Assembly: GCA_016748015.1 (NCBI GenBank) | Contig: JAAOMT010000035.1 | Location: 1 to 23,515 of the forward strand | Reading direction: 5' to 3' | Origin: Geosiphon pyriformis uo1 | Taxonomy: Eukaryota > Fungi > Glomeromycota | DNA length: 23,515 nucleotides | Shown here: positions 1-10,049 of the stretch, piece after piece | Layout: each line of letters starts with the position of its first letter | Numbering within the stretch: the first letter of the stretch is position 1 | Notes under the pieces: model-generated | The model's input: only the letters and a program-made list of their open reading frames with translations | The model's database searches: none | Told to the model about the DNA's origin: nothing | Translations under genes and position numbers: made by a program

Positions 1-1087
1 TAGATCTGAGTCAAGATCAGAATCGGAAGTATCACCCTCGGCATAATACATTCCAGGATCATGACGATCCATCCTATGCCTCATTGCAATCCTGCTGAGG
101 AAAGTGAGATGTTGTGAAGTTGGATTTTGACCACCATGAACTCTAGAAGCATGTTTACCTCCGATTTTTCTTAATCTTTTAGCTGTAATGCCATATGGCT
201 TTAAAAATTTACTAAATATACCTGTACTACGTTTTCCATTAATACTATAGACAGGATCACGCAACTTTCCAATCGCTATTGCATTTTGAATCCAGGTAAG
301 CAATTCTCTTGCACGTTCTGGATTCTTTTCCATGGATAGAAACGGTCGAGGCTCAGAATTGTTTTTTGCTTCTCCTTTATTTTTAATATACCCAGTACAA
401 TACCAAGAGTAATCGGGATTATACCATTCCGGAGGATTTGATTCGTCAGGCTCATAATAGATAATGCGAAGAGTAGTTGCTTCAGCGGGTCTCATGCTCA
501 ACATCATGATCACATCTGCAAGATTTTGTAGAGTGGGGGTCTCAGTGGTACGGATATTCTGAAGTCTTCTAAGCCCCTCTTCTAAGGAGAAGTGTTTAGG
601 CGTTTTAGGTCGACTGATTAGAAGCTCGAGTAATATCTGGTAATTTGGCATATGTATTAATTTGCTCGGGATCAACTCCAGCTTCTGCTAATTCTTTACG
701 AAATTGCGAAAGACAGGAACTGGCCGCCACAATCGCCTCATCTGTATTATTTTTTGGCACAGCTAAGTCTAAAGCATGTAACCAAATATCCGACACATCT
801 CCAGTTTTTGCACAATATCGAGCTCTTTCCTTGACAGTAAGCTTTTTCCCCCTTTTGTCTGGTACAAGAGCTTCTATTTGATTTTCTTTGAATAGGCGCC
901 GACGGAGAGCCTCTTTCACATCTTTACGAGCCTTCCAATCTGGTAGCAAAGTACCAAGCTCATTGGCATGAGCACGTAATTGAAGTGGGTTTGATTCAGT
1001 TGATAGGTTATATTTATTTAGGATCTGATCCAAAATGGAGGTAAAGCTATTAGTTTTGGGGTTTCGGGTTTTTCGGGCAGTTATCAT
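1..1087 (-). pseudogene. Protelomerase (telomere resolvase)-like tyrosine phosphoryl-transfer enzyme; one frameshift near 610-625; C-terminus runs off the window edge
   Basis: ORF 605..1087 gives the N-terminal part. A second - frame is open from about 620 to base 1: LISRPKTPKHFSLEEGLRRLQ...DVIMMLSMRPAEATTLRI...WYCTGYIKNKGE...YGITAKRLRKIGGKHASRVH...LSRIAMRHRMDRHDPGMYYAEGDTSDSDLDSDL. Candidate catalytic residues: R (490-492), K (382-384), KxxR (178-180/169-171), H (76-78), Y (43-48). Spacings are 36, 71, 31 and 10-11 aa. Confidence 0.72.
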
Positions 1088-1109
1088 GGTCGTATTGATA
1101 ATATATTAG

Positions 1110-1220
1110 ATAAGTAGATTGTGATTATACATTAACCTACTTATTCTTTCAAATCGAAAATTAATTATTTGCGAGTCGGTATATCTATACCCAAAAATTG
1201 AATGGGTCGTGGTTAATGTA
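1110..1220. promoter_or_regulatory. Inverted-repeat-rich spacer upstream of the resolvase-like gene (candidate promoter, origin or target site)
   Basis: ATAAGTAG (1110-1117) / CTACTTAT (1137-1144); TACATTAACC (1128-1137) / GGTTAATGTA (1211-1220); near-palindrome GGTATA-TC-TATACC (1178-1191). Function is inferred only. Confidence 0.3.
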
Positions 1221-1233
1221 ATTCTATCGGAAA

Positions 1234-1452
1234 ATGGATATGAGTAAGACACGAGATCGATCAGGCACGAAATGTCATTTTTCTCAAAATAAGGTTATAG
1301 AATCCATAGCTCTATGTAATAAGATTGCTGAAAATATCAATGAGATCAAAGAGGATATAGCTTTACTCAAAGAGGTCATCCAAAAAATTATTGATATATG
1401 CCAAGTATATGATTATACTTCATGTCTAGAATCGGGTAAGTCAGGTATATGA
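1234..1452 (+). CDS. Small hypothetical protein with a probable coiled coil
   Basis: Intact 72-aa ATG ORF with a heptad-like stretch (IAENINEIKEDIALLKEVIQKI). It overlaps the convergent Zn-finger ORF by 40 nt. Confidence 0.4.
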   Translation: MDMSKTRDRSGTKCHFSQNKVIESIALCNKIAENINEIKEDIALLKEVIQKIIDICQVYDYTSCLESGKSGI

Positions 1453-1697
1453 TTCTCAAGCATAACAATTTTTGCACGTAATTCATCCCGCTTTTTTCTG
1501 CGATAATTCTCTCTACTTTGATATTTGCCTACATGTTTATAGCATGCATTATGTATAGAACTATTTAGCTCACCACAATCTCTACAAGGAGTACGTACTG
1601 GAGATTTCCAATGAACATAGCATCCTTCTGATCTATAACTACCTCGACCACAGATTTTTCCAGTTCTATGGATATATGGGCAATGATAAAATACCAT
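1413..1697 (-). CDS. Small Cys/His-rich zinc-finger protein with a basic tail
   Basis: Intact 94-aa ORF with C-x9-C-x9-C-x2-H, then C-x2-C-x10-C-x2-H, then RRKKR. Confidence 0.65.
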   Translation of the reverse strand: MVFYHCPYIHRTGKICGRGSYRSEGCYVHWKSPVRTPCRDCGELNSSIHNACYKHVGKYQSRENYRRKKRDELRAKIVMLENHIPDLPDSRHEV

Positions 1698-1882
1698 CGT
1701 GATTGTATATTATAATCTTGTGAATCAAATTTATATTTTTTCTTGGCAAAGTGCGTTCCGAAAAAGAATGGAGAATAATTAATTTTTATTTTAAAGATTT
1801 ATCTACTAGTTATTATAGTTACAAAATATTATTATATATACTTTTTGTCAGATCAAACAACGCGCATATACAAATCAATAAA

Positions 1883-4800
1883 ATGAATCTGTCTAGTGAG
1901 GCAAAAAAACATCTACGTGAATCGTTACAACAACAGTGCCTAAATCAAAAATTGGCTGAATATAATAAAGCAAAAAAGCTTCTCACGAGTTTAACTGATC
2001 TTGATAGAGGACATACATATTATAAATATTGGCTTGCATCAGATGGTCGTGCCAGCTCTGCTGATAGAAACGATACGGCACTTTTAGAGGCATATTGATC
2101 AGAAGAGATTTATTCTCAATATATAATTCGGACGGCAGGAAAAGGTTATACAGTGATTGATCATCCTACCAAAGTTTATGGAATGCCTAACACTCATAAA
2201 TGTATTGATGGAAATCGGCCTCTTCATTTAATAATTGATATTGATGCAAGACAAAAGCCTGATCCCTCTGATTCTAAACTTTCTTCTCTAGATAGTGAAA
2301 AAATTACTCATGAGGATTTAATGTCTCGAATTTTAGTCGCTTATGCAGATGCATTAAGCCTTATACCAGACTGTATGCCTTTCTTAAATTCTTTTGCATT
2401 AGCAAGTTCATCGAATGCCAATAAATGTAGTTGGCATATTATTTATCTTCAGGCCCAATTCGTGGATTATAGAGAACTTAAGAGTTTTACAGAAAAAGTT
2501 ATTAAATTAGTTGGGGAACCTTATTCAAAGTTCATTGATATTGGTCTTCCCAAAAAACATTTCAATCTTCGGTTACTTGGATTGACAAAAGAAGGTAAAG
2601 TTAAAAGACCCACAATCTCTTCAGTCTAAAATGGATTTCAAAAGCTGGAGGATTATTTAGTTCAACCTAAAGAGAATTATTCTGAAATCTGGCCACAAAT
2701 CTTTTCTCCAGAGGAGCCAGTAAAACAAGAATTCCAACCTATTGATGATGAAAATATCTTGGTTGAGGGAGCCAATTTAGTTATTGCAAAATATGGGTGG
2801 CTCCAAATTGGAAGAACTGAGAAGGGGTTCATCAACTTTGAAGCACAATCTGTTAAAGAATGCCCTATATGTGACATTAAATATGATAAGAATCAACTCT
2901 ATGAATTTATTCGAAAAAATGGGTATTTTATATTTAAGTATTATTACCAAAAACAATACAAGCCAGATTACAAGGGCCTTAGTTTCAATAAGGTATCCAA
3001 CAAAGTTGAGTCAAAAGAAAAGTCTAAGCTCACTTGTTGAATTATCTGAAAAAATTATCAATGTAAAGGAAATGAAAGATGCACCAAAAGCTTACCCTAA
3101 TTTCTTAAGTGAGAATCTCACTACAACTCTTATTCGCTTATCTGTTGCTAGTGGCAAAACAAAAAAACTAAGAGAAATTCTCAATTTTTTAGCCAAAAAT
3201 AGAGCAAATTTGCCTTGTTTTAACTGAATTTCATATTGTAAAACTCTTAACAATAAGACTAAAGCTAAAGTTAAAATATTGCAAAATTCAAAACTTCATG
3301 TATGCCATTATTAGGAAAATAAGGATAATTTAGCTATACGTTATTATTGTCCAAGTTGAAAGTACTCATTATCTTAATTTCTATGAAAGGCATTCTTATG
3401 TAGTTATTTTAGATGAAAATAATGCTATTATGCGTCAAATGTCTAGTGGAGTTCATGCACATAAATCTGAAAATGCTATGCAGGATTTATTAAAATTAGC
3501 TGTTCATGTTATTTCTATGGATACAATTGCAAACAAATTGACTTTAAACTTTTTAAGACAATATTGAGATGGAGATATAAGAATTTTTGATAACAAATAT
3601 AAGCCATGTAAAGATGAGACTGTTAAAATTCTTTATGATTTAGATAAAAGATCAGAAACTATACATAGGGGTCTTAAAATGCTTCAGAAAGGTAAACGAG
3701 TTGCTTTTTTAATGACTTCATGCAAAAAAGCACAAGCTTTAACAAACCAAGCTTCCAAATTACAAAAACCAGATGGCTCATACATTTTATCATGAATTTA
3801 TTTTGGCCAAATGAATGGAAAGCAACAGCAGGATGACTTTGCCGATATTAATACTATTTGGAATAGTCTTGATTGTGTGGTTTATACAAATACTGTAGAA
3901 GCTGGCATCTTTTTTGAAATTTCCAATCATTTTGATGCAGTTATAGAAATAAGTAATATTAATACAGAAGTACATGCTGAAGCTTTTGCACAAATGTTTT
4001 ATCAAGTTTGCAATTACCCATATCATATTATTTCTCTCTATAATAGTAAAAAAACTGACATTTTCAAAGAACCAAATCGTGATCTCATTTGTGCTGAACT
4101 TTTTGCCCTGAGACTTGGGGACTTGTCAACTGTTATAAAAAGACATTGTGAATAAAATAAAATTAATGACTGTTATATATTTGATTCATCTCCAGCCATA
4201 GATTTATATTAAGGTCAAATATAAAAGACACTTATTGGCCAAATATTTCTCTGAGATTTTTTGTAGTCTTATTGCTAGTACTGGAGCAATTCTTGAATTA
4301 ATTTTGACAGAAGATACTAAAAAAGTTAACAAAAATAAAATTTCTCATACTATTAAGAATATTGAGAAAAATATAAAAGCTTGGATACAGAATCAATAGC
4401 AAATGCTTCAGATATTAGTCTCAATAAAGTTGAAATTTTTAAGCAAAATTTTATATACTTTTTTGCTGATAACATGACTTTACAATGTCATTATTTATGG
4501 AGAACATATGCTTTAGGTAATATTGGTGGCAAGAATGATATTTAAAACTGGGGTATGAATAATAATGATTGGATTAAGCTTTGTAATATAGATTTTGTAA
4601 AAAAATTCAATAATCCTGAATCTTTACAACATTTTAGAAAGCTGGCATATTTTAAAAGACAAGGTTTCAATGCGACAAAAGCTATAGAAAATTTAAAAAT
4701 CAAAGAAAAAATGCAATGGGAAAATTCACATAAATCTATGGATCCATCTTCAGTCAATTTGCATAAATTTTATTCAGCAAAACAATAGGAAGCGGTACAT

Positions 4801-5309
4801 AATCTTGTCCAATCAATAGGTTTTAGAGATATAAATGATATGAATATTCTTTTTGATGATGATATGGCTAAGACTTTTGAGCAATCATGAGAAGATACAT
4901 TGTTATTTTTTGGTTTTAAGACCAGAGCTAAAGGATTGCCTGATTTTAATGCTACAATAAAATTTATTAATGCAGTAATGAGTAGTTGGTGTGGTTATAC
5001 TATTAAGAGTAGTGCAACTCATGTAAGTTCTAAAGAACTTCAAGTATAGAAAAAAACATATTGAATTGATCGCAACCCATATTGTGGAGCTGGCTTTAAT
5101 AATCAAGAAGTAATAGCTAAGAAGTTAAATATTGTCCTATAGCTCCAGTTCTTTCATCATATAAGTCAAAGGTAATTGATGAAATTCAGGATCTTTTTGA
5201 TTTAATACTCATTACTACTAATATCACCATTTCAAAATTCAGTAATGAGGTTTGTGAAAAGAGTTCTTGCAATAACATAGTTAGAAAATTTATAACAGAT
5301 TTGCCATAA
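1883..5309 (+). pseudogene. AEP (PrimPol-like) primase - Zn ribbon - UL9/origin-binding-protein-like SF2 helicase fusion, with multiple stops and frameshifts
   Basis: ORFs 1751, 2153 and 2759 share a frame; the likely start is ATG 1883. AEP motifs: LIIDID, KCSWHII, FIDIGLP..FNLRLLG. Zn ribbon: CPICDIK. Helicase motifs: IRLSVASGKT (GKT 3153-3161), VILDE (DE 3412-3417), ISMDTIAN, VVYTNTVEAGIFFE, AFAQMFYQV. These parallel UL9 RAPMGSGKT / LDE / AMDATAN / YTTVVTVGLSF / QSLGRVR. The last frame ends ...FITDLP* at 5309. Confidence 0.8.
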
Positions 5310-5491
5310 TTGCCCGTTTTCATGTTTGATTACAAGTATATAAGCATCACTTGTAAAGTGGTTGTAGTGCGTTGACTTTCAAACTTAGACTAACACTTTT
5401 TAAAAACAATTTTTTGTGCAGACAACCATTTGCTTTACTTAAGCACTTTTATCTTATACTTGCCTCCAAAAACTCTAACTTTTTATCAAAC

Positions 5492-8071
5492 ATGTCTCAA
5501 TCTACTTCTTAATCTACTATCTTTTCTAATAACATGGACATTGACATCCTCCTAATGAACATTAGGGAATCCATTACTGTTCAAAAGCTTGCTGACCAGC
5601 TTGCACTCAAGATTGGTTCTTTCAGTCTTGATAATATGTTGTTCTCTCAAATTCCAAAGCAAAAAAATTATGTTTTTTTTCTATTTCATAAGATAGATGA
5701 TTTGAAATGTAAAATTGTTGCTAATTCAAACCATGACCCAAAATTTTTTCTACCTACTCCTCTTTATGATCTTTCTCAATTTCTTTCTGATGACTTACTT
5801 ATAATTAATAATACACTTGGTGAAGTTTGTGTGACTTTAAAGCATTTTCGTGAAAATTTGCTATTGGCAAAAATTGCTGAATATAATGCTCTTATCAATA
5901 AGTCTCCCTCAAAAGTTCATTTGGATGTCGCCAGTTTAATCAATAAAGTTCATACTAATGACTTGGTTTCCAATGAAGCTAAGAGTGGTTTACTGGGAAT
6001 TCTTGATAAAAAAATTAAGGAGTTTAAAACATTCATTAAAACTTATCAAGCTTTAAAGAACTTGGTCATTGGTTCTGCTGTAGTTAGTTTTACTCCACAC
6101 AAGCCTGTTTTGAAAAAATATTTTTCTAATAAAGTTGTTTCTGTAAGTTCTGGTATCAAAACCTTCCCCAAAATGTAAAGTTCACCCATTTCTGGCCAAG
6201 AAGAATCTCCCAAACAAAAAAGTGAAAAATGCAAAACAAGGCAATCAAAAGGGAAAAAAAAGGCCTCAAAAACAACAGTTAAACAACCACTCAAAGCCAA
6301 AAAATCAACGAAGATATTGGTTCACAATATTTCTTCTGTAATTATTTCCTCTTTTGTTATAGATTTCTTGAAGTTAGATTCAAACTTTCAACTTACTTCG
6401 AAACTCTCTTTTGTTAAGACCTATTAAACGTGGTCAGGCATTAGAAAACAAATCCTCAAAGCCTATGGTAAAATCCCTGAAAAGAAAAGAGAAAGCCTCT
6501 TAATTTTCAATCAGCATTTACTCTTTGCATCCGACTATATTTTAAATAATTTCAATATACTTAAAGATCATAGAAATAGTATTTTTAATATTTCTAAATA
6601 TGTTAATGATGTTTTATTATTTTTAATAAATCATGACTTGATTGTTGTTCTATTAGATAAAAACATGGGTCTCACTATTTGTGATTATTCTCATTATAAC
6701 ACTAAAATGCTTAAGCTACTTTTTGACACTTCAGTTTTTAAGCTTTGTGATGTGCCTGACGTTTTGCACTGTTCTAAATTGCTCTTGGATCATATATCTG
6801 ATTTTTATATGAGCACTGACTTAAGGAAACATAAAAATACTCATGAATACTTGCAAAAAATATTTTTTCCTTTACATAATTCTGAATTACATTTCTCTGA
6901 AATTTATAGATTATGGAAATTACACAAAAACTCTTGTGTTTTTCATCCTATTACTCTTAATCATTCTTAGATTATGTCTGCTGCTTCGCATTAGTTAGCC
7001 AAATGTTGGCAACTCTACATTAAAAAATGTCCAATAGTCTTTGATAATTCTATGAGTTTTGTTAAACTTATTTCGAATTATTATTATGGCTATGTTACTG
7101 TTACTATATTTGATATCAAAAATATGTATACCAATATTGAAATTCATACGTTTTATCAGTGCATTTAGGCTTGGCTGAAATTTTTTTCATCTGATCACTC
7201 AAATTTTGAGAATCTTTGGTTGACCTTTGAAGTTAAACTTATGAGGCTTATTTTTGAGAATAGCTTTGTTCTTTATGAAGATTTGTTTTATTACTAGCAC
7301 AAAAGACTGATGATAGATACTTTAGCTGCTCCTATTATCATGAATTTATTCTGTGCTTCTATTGAACACAAAATTGTCATAACTATGGGTAATACTTTTG
7401 GGTCTATTATTGTTCGTCATTATTTGGATGATATTATTGTTATTTATAACCCTCATAAATTTGATATTAATGCCTGGGTATGGTATTACCAGTCTCTTGC
7501 TGTTTCTTCTATGTTTATTTTGGAATGCACTGATAATAATGATTATAATGCCGTATTTTTAGATTTGAATATTTCGGTTTTCTAGTCTAATAATCTTACC
7601 AAATTTTCGGTCCAATTTTATGACAAACCATGTAATCCTCATATATATACTGATCTTTAGACTTTTTATCCCAGGAAATATGTTATGAACTGGATTCAGG
7701 GCAAAAATATTCATCATATTTGAAATAATTTGGATTTTTCCAGTTACTGGATTCATATTAAAGAATTTAAAGCTTGGCTGCTGGCTAGAGACTATCCCCT
7801 GTCTGTGGTTGACTTTCAACTTAACAAAAATACTTGGGCTGAGAGGTCTCAGCTTCTTGGTTTTCATAAAAAAAGAGATTTTTCTAGTATCATTGTTAAG
7901 ATTCCTAATCTACCAGAAAAGCCTCTTATATGTAAAGTCATTTCCCCTTTATTTTCAAGTTATGTCAACTCTTTGGTAGCTATAGTTATCCGTGGTAGTA
8001 GTGTTTTTAATGTTGTTAATAGAGCCAGAAGGATTTTAATCGTACAAAAACTGGCTGAACCTACTTTTTAG
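5492..8071 (+). pseudogene. Penelope-like reverse transcriptase (~860 codons, in-frame stops, no GIY-YIG domain)
   Basis: ORFs 5534, 6638, 7310 and 7730 are all in one frame with ATG 5492. PLE-type motifs: VHNISS..FLKLDSNF, LLDKNMGLTI, IYRLWKLHK..FHPI, FDIKNMYTNI, AAPIIMNLF, YLDD (7421-7432), FLDLNI, YDKP..HIY, LLARDYP. The frame ends at 8071 with no Cys/His linker or GIY-YIG. Confidence 0.82.
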
Positions 8072-8224
8072 TGTTCACTGGTGTTGAATTCTGATTGGTT
8101 TGCATGATTTGGCTTGACTTGGTGACAGCTAGCTAAATTATTTTATCCTTGGTCCAGCCATGTAATTTTTATCCCATTGGCCATTGTCACAGGCTCTAGC
8201 ACATGATTAGTTTTGTTCTATGAC

Positions 8225-8279
8225 ACTAACCCAACCCTCTACATCTGATCTTAACCTTAATCCTGACTCTAACCCTAAT
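8225..8279 (+). repeat. Degenerate interstitial telomeric tract, (CCCTAA)n-derived
   Basis: Six in-phase hexamers at 8244-8279: TCTGAT CTTAAC CTTAAT CCTGAC TCTAAC CCTAAT. All differ from CCTAAC by transitions only. They are preceded by ACTAAC CCAACC C. Confidence 0.65.
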
Positions 8280-10049
8280 ACTTATTTATAATTTTAAATT
8301 AGTTAAACAAAAAGTTAATCATACCCAAATTGTTAATTTGATTATAAATAAAATTTTTAATATTAATGTAAAACTTATTTAATTAAGTAAAAAATTAACT
8401 TAAAAAATTAAAGAATTTTTTGTTAAAAATTTAAAAACATATTAGTTTTTACAATACTAAAAAAATAACAGCAGTCCATAGTATTAATAATATTATTATT
8501 ATTAAAAATAAAAACAATTATAAAAACAAAATCTTCATAACTATTACTATTGTCAAAAATTAGAATATATTGTTAAAAATTAGAACATATTATTAGAAAT
8601 TGCTGAAAAAAATATTTAATTAATATTAAGAAAATTAATATTAAGTACAATCAAAATATATATAATTAATAAGATATTAATATTTATTTTCTTAGTATTA
8701 ACAACTCTAATATTTATTTTAATTATTACAAAATTATTATTAATATTCTTAAATAATAGTGTAGTCTTTGTCTTAGTATTAAACTTTTCAATTTATTAAT
8801 TTAAGATCTTAAGTTATCAATTATAATTAAAAATAAAAAAACAACAAAAAAAATCAATTTTAATTTATATTTATATTATTATGAGTATAAATTACAGTAA
8901 TTTACCACTTTAAATACTATTAAATAGATATTTTAACCAAGCTATTTATCTTGGTTTTTACAAAACTCGGAATTTTAATACTATTTAAAAAAAAAAGCTA
9001 TAGTTAAATCTACCAATTTTTTTTCTCTTAACAACAACCAAATTACTTCTAATATGATTTCTTTAACTATAATTACTAAAGATAAAATACTTGCTACTAT
9101 TTTTTTATTTAATAAAAAAAATTTAAATATCTTTAATTTTTTTAGTAAAACTGTTTTAATTAGAATAAACTAATAATAATAATATATACTAATATCAAAA
9201 CAGAATAAATAAATATTAAACTAATACTTATTAGTAAATTAACTGACAAAATAATTATAAAACAACTTATAAATTAATTAAATCACTAAGTTAATTAGTA
9301 TTATCAGTTGAAATTTAAGATATTAATTAATATAAAATTATTTTTATAATATTTATTATTAATTAATATAAATTATCAATTAAATTATTATAATTATTAT
9401 TTAACAGTTTACCAAAATAATTTATAATTTACAGAAATAACTTGTAATTTAATGAAATATATTTTTAATTTACCAAAATATTAAGAAAAAAAAGTGTTAG
9501 ATTATAAAATAGTACTATAATAAATTGTATAAAAGAAGAACTTTTTTTTAAAAAAATATATCTTAGTTAAAATTAATTTTTATTAAATATCTTTTCTATA
9601 AATTAATTTCAATAAAAACTTATCCTAAAAACATAAATATTCTTAAATATTTTTTTCTTAAAATTTAATAAACAAAGCCCAATTACTGTTTAGAAATTAA
9701 AAACAAATTAAAAATTCTAGTGTTAAATATAGTTTATATGTTTTTTACATGTAATTAATTACTTAAATTAGTTTAGACTATACTATATTAATACAACAAA
9801 AGAAAATTTATCTAAAGACAACATTTTTTGAATAATATTAAACAAAATAACACTACAAAAAATAAATTCAACTAGTTATTTGGCTGTTTTTAAGAGATTA
9901 GTTTTAATTCTAACAGATTTATATTTCTAAAGAGAAATCAAGTTAGAAAATATATTATTATTTATGTTAATTAAATGTTCTGAATTATTAAACATATCAA
10001 TATCTTATATGCAGCATTTTTTTTTAAAAAAAACTATTTTTTTTTCTCA

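Larger units (their letters stand above)
1..5309. mobile_element. Endogenised linear-plasmid/virus-like module (resolvase + small ORFs + primase-helicase); left boundary outside the window
   Basis: Dense, intronless, divergently arranged ORFs with short spacers and one convergent overlap. The gene content is replicon-like (end resolvase plus primase-helicase), not cellular. Confidence 0.6.
5310..8279 (+). mobile_element. Endonuclease-deficient Penelope-like retroelement (Athena/Coprina-like), decayed
   Basis: Leader with TATATAAG (5337-5344), a single long RT frame, a ~150-nt 3' region, then telomere-like C-strand repeats. The 5' boundary is approximate. Confidence 0.75.

Noticed and set aside
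645-881. ORF 645..881 (+) and similar short ORFs 2677..2877, 3790..4026, 4542..4757, 4903..5106, 6046..6300 and 7559..7867
   Set aside because: Antisense shadows of motif-bearing genes on the opposite strand, with no recognisable features.
1751-1882. GTG-initiated N-terminal extension of ORF 1751..2098
   Set aside because: AT-rich intergenic-like sequence; ATG 1883 is the more plausible start.
8072-8224. Hammerhead ribozyme or pseudo-LTR expected for a Penelope-like element
   Set aside because: No CTGANGA...GAAA core and no repeat of the 5310-5490 leader found by eye; decay could hide it.
8400-10000. Possible LINE ORF2 (endonuclease/RT) downstream of the zinc-knuckle ORF
   Set aside because: Expected by position, but too eroded for any catalytic motif to be read.
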